DNA of 64,000 bases, from NCBI GenBank assembly GCA_041662565.1, contig JBAZSE010000001.1, positions 65,084-129,083 of the forward strand, written 5' to 3'. The DNA is from Patescibacteria group bacterium. Its GTDB lineage: Bacteria > Patescibacteriota > Patescibacteriia > UBA1558 > UBA10009. Below, piece after piece: positions 36,116-45,596 of this stretch. How positions within the stretch are numbered: the stretch's first letter is position 1; every line of letters starts with the position of its first letter. The notes below the pieces were generated by a model. The model had not been told where the DNA came from, ran no database searches, and saw only the letters and a list, made by a program, of their open reading frames with translations. Position numbers and translations under genes: made by a program.

Positions 36116-38008
36116 ATGAATAAACATATGGCACCAAGATTCGGCGAATCGTTTAACCCCGATCAAGGGAGCAGGGTTAATGTTTTAGATCAAGAAGCCA
36201 AAGTTCCGGAATACGTGGAATTTGGCCGCAACATCAGAAGTTTGCTTAAAGGTCAGGATCAAGAAACGGGTGAGATAAAAACCAACTGGCCGGAGTGTCC
36301 TAAAAATTTACATAATCTTGAAGATCTGCTAATAGCCAGTCAGGATGCAGTAACTAGTGAGTGGGAAAAAGTGGTCGCTCCTTTATTACAAGAGAAAGCT
36401 CAGGAGTGGATTGCTAGTATTCCAGATGATGAAGAGCATCAGGATTTAATTAAGTTGTTGGCTAACCCTCAAGAGTTTGATAATAATATTAAAACCCAAC
36501 AGTTAGGGGTGTTAGAAGGTTTAAAACAGTTTTCGCCCGAAGCTTGGCGTTCTTTAGTATTAGTTTCTTCGGAAAGGCAACTAGCTTGTCTATCTTTATT
36601 AAGACACTGGTTAAAAAACGATTTAAGCGAAGATGATTTGCAAAAGATAGGAATGACCAAAGTGGAATTGGAAATTTTATTGGATGCTGGAGGAATTTTG
36701 GGTAAGTATATTGATCATGCTTATGTTAAACAAATAGAATTGGCCGATGAACCAGGAGGAACCTCGGCCACCAAATTAGGACAAAAAAAGGGCGCTGAAT
36801 TTATCTATGATATTTATCGTTCGGCTGACGGCAATGAAGTTGATCATAAGGCATTTTCAACGGTTTTTGCCGGAGAATGGCCAAAAATTGTCGATGGTCT
36901 AAAAATGCTTTCTCATAAAGTTGAAGCCCTGATAACAGAATATAAATTACCAGAAAGTTATAAAAAATTGCCACCTTACCTGGATCACTTAATCAGTATT
37001 TATGCCTCTCAAGAAACTTCGCCTAAAAAGATTTTTGATTTGTGGAATGAGTTAGATTTAAAAATGAATGAACTAGCGGCCAACGGTTGTCCGTTAATGA
37101 TTATTCCAGGGTTTTGCGTGGGGGTGACTAGTGATGCTAATAAGGTGGATGTGGAATTAAGATTGGGTTTCAGGACACCGGAAATTAAAGAACTAGAAGG
37201 TTTAATGGATAACTTTAGAGAGATTGCGCAAAATATTTTAGACGGTCATCAGGATAAATTAGCTAAAGCTTATAAAATACCCAGGATGGTTTTAAACGTC
37301 CAGCCATTTGGCTTTGGTAGCAGCTTGCAACTTTTTACTTTGGCGGAAACGGGCAATAATAGAATGGTTTCCCATGTTAATCTTAATAATCAAATGGCTT
37401 TAAAGGGCCATTGGCCGATTATAGAAAAGGCCTTTTCTATGGATGATCTAAATATGACCCAAGAAGAATATAAAGAGGCGATTAATTTGGAAACTGCTTT
37501 GCATGAAATTGGCCATAATGTTATGCCCACTGAAGATGAGGCAGTTTTAAAAAGAGTAGGCGGTGGAGCTGACGGCACCGTTTTAGAAGAGTTAAAAGCC
37601 GAAGGAGTTGGTATGCTTATTTTTATGAAGAGTTTAGAAGATAAAACTCCAGAGGAAGCGGAAGAGGCAATTAAAAAAGAATTTTTTGTTAAATTAATAA
37701 CCGCCTGTGATTATTTGGCTAATAATTCTTCTGATAAAGGATCGGATGGCGAGAGGTATTATTATTCCGGTTTAGCTATGATTGATCGGCTTTTAGTTAG
37801 TGGCGCGATTACTATGGAAAATGGGCGTTATCATATTATAGATGCCTCTAAAGGAGTGGAAAGTATAGCTAGGTTAGGTCAAGAAATATTGGACAGATTT
37901 TATCTAAGTGAGAATTCTGGTAAAAAAGAGGTTAAAGATTATATAGGTTCTTTAAGGAAGAAAAAAAATGCACCTGAAATTCAAGCTTTCAAAACGGGTC
38001 TTAAATGA
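36116..38008 (+). CDS. hypothetical protein with HExxH motif (possible zinc-dependent hydrolase or ligand-binding protein)
   Basis: ORF of 630 aa with LHEIGHNV at ~aa 455. It lies within the ATP-grasp operon. Confidence 0.45.
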   Translation: MNKHMAPRFGESFNPDQGSRVNVLDQEAKVPEYVEFGRNIRSLLKGQDQETGEIKTNWPECPKNLHNLEDLLIASQDAVTSEWEKVVAPLLQEKAQEWIASIPDDEEHQDLIKLLANPQEFDNNIKTQQLGVLEGLKQFSPEAWRSLVLVSSERQLACLSLLRHWLKNDLSEDDLQKIGMTKVELEILLDAGGILGKYIDHAYVKQIELADEPGGTSATKLGQKKGAEFIYDIYRSADGNEVDHKAFSTVFAGEWPKIVDGLKMLSHKVEALITEYKLPESYKKLPPYLDHLISIYASQETSPKKIFDLWNELDLKMNELAANGCPLMIIPGFCVGVTSDANKVDVELRLGFRTPEIKELEGLMDNFREIAQNILDGHQDKLAKAYKIPRMVLNVQPFGFGSSLQLFTLAETGNNRMVSHVNLNNQMALKGHWPIIEKAFSMDDLNMTQEEYKEAINLETALHEIGHNVMPTEDEAVLKRVGGGADGTVLEELKAEGVGMLIFMKSLEDKTPEEAEEAIKKEFFVKLITACDYLANNSSDKGSDGERYYYSGLAMIDRLLVSGAITMENGRYHIIDASKGVESIARLGQEILDRFYLSENSGKKEVKDYIGSLRKKKNAPEIQAFKTGLK

Positions 38009-38039
38009 TGAGGCAAAATAAAAAATAGTAATAAATAGC

Positions 38040-39341
38040 ATGAAAAAAATTAAATTTTTATTTGTTTCGGCCGATAATTTAATAGGCAATATTGCTTGGC
38101 ATGTTTATCAAGAAGGCCATTTGGTTAAATATTGCAATGATCATAAAGGTGAAGAAGATTTATTGGACGGTTTTTTGCCAAAAGTAAAAAATTGGCGCAA
38201 ATATATTGATTGGGCCGATGTTATTGTTTTTGATGAAGTTTTTGGTTATGGGAAAATCGCCGAAAAATTAAGAGCCCAGGGCAAGCTTGTTTTAGGCGGC
38301 ACCGCTTACACCGATAGCTTGGAGGAAGATCGTTCCTTTGGCCAGCAGGAACTTAAAAAAGCCGGTGTGCCTATTTTGCCATATTATGAATTTAATAGTT
38401 GTTCTTCCGCCAATCGTTATTTAAAAAAACACCCTGGTCAATATGTGGTTAAGGTTTGCGGCAAGATGCAGAATGATAAAAATCTGGTTTATGTTGGCCA
38501 GTTAACGGATGGTTCGGATGTTAGACAAATGCTGGAATTGTATCAAGAAAGGCACGGCAAAAAAATAACCAGTTTGATTTTGCAAAAAAAGGTAAATGGC
38601 GTAGAAATAGCCCTCGGCGCTTTTTTTAACGGGCAAAAATTTGTTTATCCCATTAACCTTAATTTTGAACATAAAAAATTATTCCCCGGCGACCTTGGCC
38701 CCAACACCGGTGAAATAGGTACTCATATGTTTTGGGCCGAGCCGAACGTTGTTTTTGATAGGACTTTAAAAAAAATGGAAGGTAGATTGCGCGAAGTTGG
38801 TTATCATGGTTGCATTGATTTGGCCTGCATTGTTAATGGCCAGGGCATTTATCCTTTGGAATTTACCGCCCGTTTTTGTTTTCCAACCATAAATATCCAG
38901 TATGAAGGACTAAAGATGCCGGTTAGCGATTTTTTATATAAACTGGCTTTGGGCGAGGATTTTAAAATTAAAACCAAAAAAGGTTTTCAAGTCGGTATTA
39001 GGGTTTTAGTGCCCCCTAACCCTTATCGCAATCAGGAAATTTTTAATGCTTATGCAAAAGGCGTTAGGGTAATGTTTAAAGATCCTAAAAAAATGACCGG
39101 TGTTCACTTGGAAGACGTTAAAAAAATTAAAGGTAAATGGGTTATTACAGGTAGCTGTGGCAATGTTTTAATAATTGTTGGAACGGGCAAAACCATGCCA
39201 GCAGCGCAAAAGCAAGTTTATCAGAGGGTAAAAAATGTTATTATCCCCAATATGTATTACCGTAATGATGTTGGTGATCGTTGGTACAAAGAAAAAGATA
39301 AATTAGCCAAATGGGGCTATCTAAAAACAGTAAAATATTAG
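38040..39341 (+). CDS. ATP-grasp enzyme, PurD (glycinamide ribonucleotide synthetase)-like
   Basis: ..YVVKVCGKMQNDKNLVYV..GDLGPNTGEIGT.. echoes the PurD GDxGPNTGGMG signature and shows an ATP-grasp A/B/C arrangement. Confidence 0.6.
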   Translation: MKKIKFLFVSADNLIGNIAWHVYQEGHLVKYCNDHKGEEDLLDGFLPKVKNWRKYIDWADVIVFDEVFGYGKIAEKLRAQGKLVLGGTAYTDSLEEDRSFGQQELKKAGVPILPYYEFNSCSSANRYLKKHPGQYVVKVCGKMQNDKNLVYVGQLTDGSDVRQMLELYQERHGKKITSLILQKKVNGVEIALGAFFNGQKFVYPINLNFEHKKLFPGDLGPNTGEIGTHMFWAEPNVVFDRTLKKMEGRLREVGYHGCIDLACIVNGQGIYPLEFTARFCFPTINIQYEGLKMPVSDFLYKLALGEDFKIKTKKGFQVGIRVLVPPNPYRNQEIFNAYAKGVRVMFKDPKKMTGVHLEDVKKIKGKWVITGSCGNVLIIVGTGKTMPAAQKQVYQRVKNVIIPNMYYRNDVGDRWYKEKDKLAKWGYLKTVKY

Positions 39342-39343
39342 CC

Positions 39344-40714
39344 ATGAAAAAAAAGTTGGATTTTTCTTACCGTTTATCGGCAAGTGGCTTTAAAGTTAAT
39401 GTATTTAAGGGCGTTGATTTTGCCGTTCATTTTCCCGGGCGTATTTTTTCTCAGTTGCCACAAGCGACCAAATATTTTTTGGTTGATAATTTTATCTATT
39501 CCCGAACCCGCGCTTTAAATTTACTGGATTGGCAGTTGTCGTACCAGTTTGGGCGCCCGGCTTGGCAAAATTTTATTGATTTTGGCTTAAAAAAAATTAT
39601 TCCTTGTTTGGGCGAAATCAATAATTTTAATATAGATAAAATTTTAAAAAAATTTCCATTGGCCGAATCGGCAAAAAATTTGGTTTTTAATGGTAATCAG
39701 AGTGTTGCTCGGCTGGCTGGTTTTAAAAGTTTAAAAGATCGGGCGGTTTTGGCTTTATCTTTTGGCAAAGATAGCATTTTGTCTTATGGCTTAGCTAAAG
39801 AGCTGGGCTTAAATTTATTATTGGCTACGGCTAACGAAATGGAAAATTCTTCCGGCAATGAGTGGAAAATAAAAAGCCGGATTATTAAGGATTTTGAATC
39901 GGAACAGGGCGAACAGGTTTATCTTTTTAGCGATAATGTGGATGAACTTTATTATCATCCTAAAATAAATTGCCATTTGTCCGAAGTTAATAATACCAAC
40001 AGTTTATTGGCTTATGCTTTGGAGTTTTTGCCCTTTGTTTACCAACACCGCTCCGCTTATCTGATTTTTGGCAATGAACAAAATTTAAACGACTATTTTG
40101 TTAATCAGCAGGGCTTTAAGTTTTATCCTTCGTTTGATCAGTCCTCCGAATACACCGCCAAGGAAAACTCCTTGTGGTCTAAAGCGTCAAAGGGTAAATT
40201 CAAAGTTATTAGTTTAGTGGAACCATTATATAATTTGGGAGAGTTTAGGGTTTTATATCATCGTTATCCGCATTTGTTAAAATACGTTATGTCTTGCGAG
40301 CCGGATAAGGGTTCTGCCGAACGATGGTGTTATCATTGCCCGATGTGTGCCAAGGCCTTTTTATACAGTTCGGCCGTTGGCGGCGATCCCAAACGCATTG
40401 CTTTTAATAAAGATTTTTTTGCCAAAAAATACAGCGAGCATTATCCTTTATTCGCCAAAAAAAAGTTAAGGCATTATGAGCGCCCGCCACAAGTTAGAGA
40501 AGAGCAGTTGCTCTCGTTTTTACTCTGTTACCAACAGGGATTAAAAGGAGATTTAATCGATTTATTTAAAAAGCATTACTTAGCCGAAGCCATAACCAAA
40601 GAAAAATCCTTAAGAAAAGTTTATTTAGGTGTTCATCCGGCAATTAATTTGCCCGGCGGTTTAAAAACAAAAATTATTAAAATTTTTAAAGAAGAATTAA
40701 AAGGTTTGAATTAA
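39344..40714 (+). CDS. PP-loop (N-type ATP pyrophosphatase) family protein with C-terminal Cys cluster
   Basis: LALSFGKDSILSYG is an SGGxDS-like PP-loop. CYHCPMC lies near the C-terminus. I prefer the ATG at 39344, immediately after the upstream stop, over the overlapping 39311. Confidence 0.5.
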   Translation: MKKKLDFSYRLSASGFKVNVFKGVDFAVHFPGRIFSQLPQATKYFLVDNFIYSRTRALNLLDWQLSYQFGRPAWQNFIDFGLKKIIPCLGEINNFNIDKILKKFPLAESAKNLVFNGNQSVARLAGFKSLKDRAVLALSFGKDSILSYGLAKELGLNLLLATANEMENSSGNEWKIKSRIIKDFESEQGEQVYLFSDNVDELYYHPKINCHLSEVNNTNSLLAYALEFLPFVYQHRSAYLIFGNEQNLNDYFVNQQGFKFYPSFDQSSEYTAKENSLWSKASKGKFKVISLVEPLYNLGEFRVLYHRYPHLLKYVMSCEPDKGSAERWCYHCPMCAKAFLYSSAVGGDPKRIAFNKDFFAKKYSEHYPLFAKKKLRHYERPPQVREEQLLSFLLCYQQGLKGDLIDLFKKHYLAEAITKEKSLRKVYLGVHPAINLPGGLKTKIIKIFKEELKGLN

Positions 40715-40720
40715 CTTTCT

Positions 40721-42061
40721 ATGCCCAAGCAGGAAAAAGAAAAAACAGCTATTTTAATCAACAGTCCGGAAGTTTTGTTTTTATCCCATAAGGATTTGGC
40801 AAATATTTACGTGGTGGTTTTTAAAAATAGCCCATTGGCGCATTTGGCAAAGAAAAATTTTTCTGCCAGCCGTTTGATTTATATCAAGCAAAAAAGCCAG
40901 TCAGAAATAAATGAAGCCCCTTCGGTGGAATTTGGCGATTTGATTTCCAAAACCGATTTAACAGTTAAGCTATTAAAATATCAAATAAAGAATTTTTTAA
41001 TTCCTTATCGCAGTTCTAAAAAAATTGAACTTTGGGCCAAAAAATACAATTTTTGCTTGTTAGTTACTCCCTTGGCAACTCAGGATAAATTGGAAGATAA
41101 AAAATATTTTGATAATTTTTTAAAAAAGAACCAAATAACCTCGCCTTGTACACTAAGCTTAAAAGATTTTAAAAAATTAGCGGCCAATAACTTGCCTTAT
41201 GTTGTCCAAGAGGCAAAGTTATCGGATTATTTTAGGACAAAGTTTTATTTAACCGGCCGACAGTTATTTGTCGATTGGCAAAAAAACAAACTTAAATTGG
41301 ATAAAGTTGTGGCGCGCGAGTATTTGGAGGGTTTACCGGTTGGAGTAAGTATTTTTTTGGATCAAACGGGCAATTATTTTTTTTCCGCCTTAAGAACTCA
41401 ATGTTTTTATTATGGCCGGAACGGTTTTCCTAAAAGCTTTATGGGTTTGCAGTGGTTGCCTAGAAAGTTTTTTAACCCAAAAACTCTTTTGAACATAAAC
41501 TTTCAACTTAAAAAATTAACTCAGGCCTTAATTAAAGAAAAATTCTTTGGAGTGGCAAACGTCGATTTTATTATAAAAAATAATCGGGCATTTATTTTAG
41601 AATGCAACCCCAGATTGTCCGTGGCTACGCCGCAGGTTTTTTCCAGTTTTAAACTAGCTTCTTATTCCAAGTCGTGGTTATTTTTTCTTAATACTTTTAC
41701 CTATAAGCTTAATGCCAACATTTGCCGGCCATGTTTGCCCCAATCAAGTTTTAGCGGAGCGGTTTTGGCCTTGGAAGCGGAAAAACCCTTGCGACTTGTT
41801 AAAATTCCCCCTGTCGGCACTTATCAAATAAAAGAAAATAAGGTAAAATTTATCAGCCATAAGATAGTTGATTTAAGGCAATCGGGCGCATTTTTTTTAT
41901 ATCACGAACTTTTTTTAGGCCAGAGTTTAAAGAAGGGCTATGATTTATGCAAAGTTTTTAGCAACCTTCCTTTATTTGATTTTAAAACAGGGATGTTAAA
42001 TAAAAACGGTCGAACCATTTTTGATTATTTTAATGATTATTTTTATGCCCACAAAAATTAG
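40721..42061 (+). CDS. ATP-grasp-like ligase (divergent)
   Basis: VVAREYLEGLPVGVSIFL and ANVDFIIKNNRAFILECNPRLS (E-x-N catalytic region) are consistent with the ATP-grasp fold. Confidence 0.45.
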   Translation: MPKQEKEKTAILINSPEVLFLSHKDLANIYVVVFKNSPLAHLAKKNFSASRLIYIKQKSQSEINEAPSVEFGDLISKTDLTVKLLKYQIKNFLIPYRSSKKIELWAKKYNFCLLVTPLATQDKLEDKKYFDNFLKKNQITSPCTLSLKDFKKLAANNLPYVVQEAKLSDYFRTKFYLTGRQLFVDWQKNKLKLDKVVAREYLEGLPVGVSIFLDQTGNYFFSALRTQCFYYGRNGFPKSFMGLQWLPRKFFNPKTLLNINFQLKKLTQALIKEKFFGVANVDFIIKNNRAFILECNPRLSVATPQVFSSFKLASYSKSWLFFLNTFTYKLNANICRPCLPQSSFSGAVLALEAEKPLRLVKIPPVGTYQIKENKVKFISHKIVDLRQSGAFFLYHELFLGQSLKKGYDLCKVFSNLPLFDFKTGMLNKNGRTIFDYFNDYFYAHKN

Positions 42062-43400
42062 GGAATTTTTAACTAGCAAACAAGAGTTGTTGCAATGGCA
42101 AACCAAAATTAATCGGGCATTATCTACCAAAGCCAGCGTCTATCTTGGCAATTTAACTCCTGTCGTAGCCAAATTTTATTCGGCCAAAAAGGCATCTCTT
42201 TTGGCGTTAGCAAAAAGATATCCCACACCTTTTTACGCTTTTGATAAAATCGAGTTAACAACCAGCGCGGCAGATTTTAAACGCGCCTTTGCCAAGTATT
42301 TGCCAAATTGTTCCTATTTTTATGCAGTCAAAACCAATTGGCATCCCAGTATTTTAAAAACCGTAGTGGATTGCGGTTTTGGCTTGGATGTTTCCAGCGG
42401 CCGGGAATTATCTCTTGGTTTAAAAGCCAAAGCTAAAAAAATGGTTTTTTCCGGTCCCGGTAAAACAACCGCAGATTTGTTATTGGCTTTAAAACATCGC
42501 CATAAAGTTATCGTGCATTTGGATAGTTTTGGCGAGTTGGAGCGTTTGGGTAAATTGTCTTCTTTAAAAAAGCAAACTATTGTGGCTGGAGTAAGAATTT
42601 ACACTCGTTTTCATGGCAGTTGGAGTAAGTTTGGTATTAAGCTTAATGATCTAAGCTATTTTTGGAAGGAAGCGAAAAAATATCCATATCTTAAGTTATC
42701 AGGAATCCAATTCCACATCAGTTGGAATAAAGACGCCAGCACCTATGAAAATGTTATTAAAGAATTGGCCGGTTATTTGAAAAAGAATTTTTCTACTTCC
42801 GATTTATCAGACATAAAATTTATTGATTTTGGCGGCGGTTTTTTGCCTTATCGTTTAACCGGCGATTATCCTTGGGGAACGGCGCAGGGCGATCTTATTA
42901 AAAAAGCAGCCGATCATTTTGATGGCGAACCTAAATTTAATCGGGGCTATTATTTAACCGAATCCGTTACCTTGCCCGAGTACGCTCGGGGCATTGCCCA
43001 AGCCATTAACCGATATCTACGGCCGTTGATTAATTGCCGTTATTTTACCGAGCCGGGTAGGATTATCTGTAATAACTCCATGCATTTGGTAACTCGAGTA
43101 GTAGATATTAAAGATAGCAATAAGATAATCATGGATTCCGGAGTTAACGCGGTTGGCTGGGAGGGCTTAAGGTATGATTATACGCCGGTAATTAATTTAA
43201 GTTCTTTTGCCAAAAAGGAAATTCCCTGTTATGTTTTTGGTAGTTTGTGCATGGCCGATGATGTTTGGAGTTATTCCATGTACGCCTCAAAAATCAATTC
43301 GGGCGATGTTACGGTTATTCCTAATTTTGGCGCCTATACTTTTGCTTTGTCACAAGAATTTATTAAGGGCGTGCCCAAAGTTTATCCGCTTAAAAATTAA
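42021..43400 (+). CDS. PLP-dependent decarboxylase, Orn/DAP/Arg decarboxylase family (alanine-racemase fold)
   Basis: FYAFDKIEL..YAVKTNWHPSILKTVVDCGFGLDVSSGRELSLGL, plus a C-terminal beta-domain. It overlaps the upstream gene; an alternative start is M9. Confidence 0.8.
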   Translation: MIILMIIFMPTKIREFLTSKQELLQWQTKINRALSTKASVYLGNLTPVVAKFYSAKKASLLALAKRYPTPFYAFDKIELTTSAADFKRAFAKYLPNCSYFYAVKTNWHPSILKTVVDCGFGLDVSSGRELSLGLKAKAKKMVFSGPGKTTADLLLALKHRHKVIVHLDSFGELERLGKLSSLKKQTIVAGVRIYTRFHGSWSKFGIKLNDLSYFWKEAKKYPYLKLSGIQFHISWNKDASTYENVIKELAGYLKKNFSTSDLSDIKFIDFGGGFLPYRLTGDYPWGTAQGDLIKKAADHFDGEPKFNRGYYLTESVTLPEYARGIAQAINRYLRPLINCRYFTEPGRIICNNSMHLVTRVVDIKDSNKIIMDSGVNAVGWEGLRYDYTPVINLSSFAKKEIPCYVFGSLCMADDVWSYSMYASKINSGDVTVIPNFGAYTFALSQEFIKGVPKVYPLKN

Positions 43401-43411
43401 AATCGAAAAAT

Positions 43412-43906
43412 ATGATCGAGAATGAGTATTTTACAGTTAAACAATCGGCTATTCATCATACCGGAGCTTTTGCCAAACAAGCTATTCCTGCCGGCACTAA
43501 AGTTATTGAATATATCGGCGAAAAAATTTCTAAATCGGAAAGCGAAAAAAGATCGGATTTGTCATTAGAAAAATCACGAACTAATCCGGGGGAGTATGGA
43601 GGTATTTATATTTTTGAATTAAATGATGAATTTGATTTGGATGGCGATATTCCAGAAAATTTAGCCAGGCACATTAATCATTCTTGTGAACCTAATTGTT
43701 TTTACCAATATATCGACGGGCATATTTGGATAGTGGCAAAAAGAGATATTAAGGAAGATGAAGAATTGACTTTTAATTACGGCTTTGATTTTGATCTTGA
43801 AGATTATTTTTTATATCCTTGCAAATGCGGTTCTGCCAAATGCGTCGGTTATATACTTAAAGAAGAGGATTGGCCTAAAATTCCCAACCATCAAAAAAAT
43901 TCCTAG
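43412..43906 (+). CDS. SET-domain protein (putative lysine methyltransferase)
   Basis: NHSCEPNC and ELTFNYGFDF, with a post-SET CxCxxxxC. Confidence 0.8.
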   Translation: MIENEYFTVKQSAIHHTGAFAKQAIPAGTKVIEYIGEKISKSESEKRSDLSLEKSRTNPGEYGGIYIFELNDEFDLDGDIPENLARHINHSCEPNCFYQYIDGHIWIVAKRDIKEDEELTFNYGFDFDLEDYFLYPCKCGSAKCVGYILKEEDWPKIPNHQKNS

Positions 43907-43910
43907 CCAT

Positions 43911-43939
43911 TGACATAAAAAATTTACCATGCTATCATA
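43911..43939 (+). promoter_or_regulatory. sigma70-like promoter for the small acidic ORF
   Basis: TTGACA, a 17-nt spacer, then TATCAT. Confidence 0.45.
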
Positions 43940-44010
43940 CTTTACATTATTAATAATGCTTGCCAAGGCCTGAAAAGTGTCCAAGGATAAGCAGAGAAAG
44001 CCATTATAAT

Positions 44011-44127
44011 ATGTCAGACGACATGCAAAATGACGATGTAACCGAAGAAGAGGAAGAAGAAATGGATGATGAAGAAGAAACTGAAGATGATGATGAAGAA
44101 GAGGAAGAAGACGAAGACGAAAACTAA
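44011..44127 (+). CDS. small hyper-acidic protein (38 aa, >70% Asp/Glu)
   Basis: MSDDMQNDDVTEEEEEEMDDEEETEDDDEEEEEDEDEN. It is flanked by a promoter and a strong terminator, and is below the ORF-track cutoff. Confidence 0.4.
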   Translation: MSDDMQNDDVTEEEEEEMDDEEETEDDDEEEEEDEDEN

Positions 44128-44130
44128 ATT

Positions 44131-44167
44131 CAAAAAATCCCCCTAATTTTAGGGGGATTTTTTTATT
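44131..44167. terminator. bidirectional rho-independent terminator
   Basis: ATCCCCCT aatttt AGGGGGAT is flanked by A6 and T7. It sits between the acidic ORF (+) and the zinc-ribbon ORF (-). Confidence 0.75.
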
Positions 44168-44179
44168 TGTAGCAATAGT

Positions 44180-44350
44180 TTAAAACTGCCTTCTGGGGCC
44201 TTCTTGCTTTCTGGCCTTGTGGCAATCTCTGCAGTATAAAGGCCTATCGCCATCCGGTTCAAATGGCAACTCGGTAATAGCGGCTTGGCACTGCGAGCAC
44301 GACCAATTGCCCTGGACTTTTGGCCTTGGGGCAAAATTGTCTTGGTTCAT
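44180..44350 (-). CDS. possible zinc-ribbon small protein (56 aa)
   Basis: MNQDNFAPRPKVQGNWSCSQCQAAITELPFEPDGDRPLYCRDCHKARKQEGPRRQF has the CxxC..17 aa..CxxC pattern. It converges on the bidirectional terminator. It competes with the low-complexity track ORFs 44149..44334 (-) and 44217..44408 (+). Confidence 0.35.
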   Translation of the reverse strand: MNQDNFAPRPKVQGNWSCSQCQAAITELPFEPDGDRPLYCRDCHKARKQEGPRRQF

Positions 44351-44552
44351 GGAAGTAACTTCCCTGATTTTGCTTTCAAGTTTATTTAAACGTGGAATTT
44401 ATCGCTAAATTTGGTTTAAATGAGCTTTTGGCAAATATTTAATGATTAATAATATTATTATAGCAAATCATAGGCATTTTGTCAAGCCCTTTTTTGTTAT
44501 ATCTGTGCTATAATTAAATTATAAAAATATTAATTATTAATTTGAAAAAATT

Positions 44553-44750
44553 ATGTTTTTCCCTATTTTAGTTATTGTTTTAGGCCTGGTTTGGTTGTTT
44601 AACAACCTGGGTATTATTTCGGCCGATGTTTGGTCGGTTATTTTGCCGGTGGCCCTTATTTTAGCCGGCATTTCCATGCTTAATAAAAAGAAGTGCTCTT
44701 GGTGCAGTTGGAACTGGCAGGGGCATAATCACGATAACGACCAGAAATAA
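44553..44750 (+). CDS. small membrane protein with Cys/His-rich C-terminus
   Basis: Two TM helices followed by CSWCSWNWQGHNH. A terminator follows. Confidence 0.4.
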   Translation: MFFPILVIVLGLVWLFNNLGIISADVWSVILPVALILAGISMLNKKKCSWCSWNWQGHNHDNDQK

Positions 44751-44756
44751 TTGTTA

Positions 44757-44786
44757 AAAGGCCCGCCTAATCAGTGGGCCTTTTTT
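44757..44786 (+). terminator. rho-independent terminator
   Basis: AGGCCCGC ctaatca GTGGGCCT followed by TTTTTT. Confidence 0.6.
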
Positions 44787-44828
44787 AGTTGCAAGAAATA
44801 GCAGTTATGTTATGATAATTCTGTTTTT

Positions 44829-45590
44829 ATGAAGATAAAATTCATCCAATTAAACATGTGGGGTAATGGCCCAATTTTTAACAAAGCCCTTAATTTTTTA
44901 GTTATAAAACGACCGGATATTGCCTGTTTGCAGGAAGTTTTTGACGGCCATAATTTAAAAATCAATCCCAGCTACCGGGCCTTGGATCTTTTGCGAAAAA
45001 AGCTTGGTTTAAAATATTTTTATTTTTCTCCGGCGGCCGATTTAGTTGTGCCGGACGGCAAATTTTTGCATGGCAATGTTATATTTTCCCGCTGGCCAAT
45101 TGTGCGGGCGGAAACAACTTTTTATGATAAGCTTTTTGACGCGAATTTTTTAAGCGCTAAGGGAAAGTTTGATTTTTACCCTCGTAATTTGCAGCGAGCA
45201 GTAATTTACATAAATAAAAAGAAGGAATTAAATATATTTAACACCCACGGCATTTATGGTTTGCATGGCCAGGATCATGCTCGCAGATTGCACCTTAGCC
45301 AAGTAATTAATGAGCAAGTTAAGGGTAAGAAAAAAGTTATTTTATCGGGCGATTTTAACGTTAATGAGGGCACCAAATCAATTGCCAATTTGGAAAAGCA
45401 TTTGATTAATGTTTTTAAAGATGAAAGAAAAAGCTCATTTAACATGCGCAGAAAGCCGGTCGTTTCCGGTTACGCTACTGCCGTGGTGGATTTTGTTTTT
45501 GCCACCCCGGACGTTAAAGTTATTAAGCACAGTATGCCCGATGTTGATGTTTCGGACCACTATCCTTTAGTTTGCACTTTTGAAGTTTAG
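44829..45590 (+). CDS. endonuclease/exonuclease/phosphatase (EEP) family protein
   Basis: N-terminal IQLNMWG and C-terminal SDHYPLVCTF, typical of the EEP fold. Confidence 0.8.
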   Translation: MKIKFIQLNMWGNGPIFNKALNFLVIKRPDIACLQEVFDGHNLKINPSYRALDLLRKKLGLKYFYFSPAADLVVPDGKFLHGNVIFSRWPIVRAETTFYDKLFDANFLSAKGKFDFYPRNLQRAVIYINKKKELNIFNTHGIYGLHGQDHARRLHLSQVINEQVKGKKKVILSGDFNVNEGTKSIANLEKHLINVFKDERKSSFNMRRKPVVSGYATAVVDFVFATPDVKVIKHSMPDVDVSDHYPLVCTFEV

Positions 45591-45596
45591 GAAATT

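Noticed and set aside
34235-36660. several short ORFs inside or antisense to the ATP-grasp operon genes (e.g. 34235..34501, 35623..35940, 36469..36660)
   Set aside because: Shadow ORFs within well-supported long CDSs.
44149-44408. track ORFs 44149..44334 (-) and 44217..44408 (+)
   Set aside because: They are low-complexity translations across the terminator region. A different minus-strand frame (44180..44350) gives a CxxC..CxxC zinc-ribbon-like protein that ends at the bidirectional terminator, so I prefer that frame, though with low confidence.
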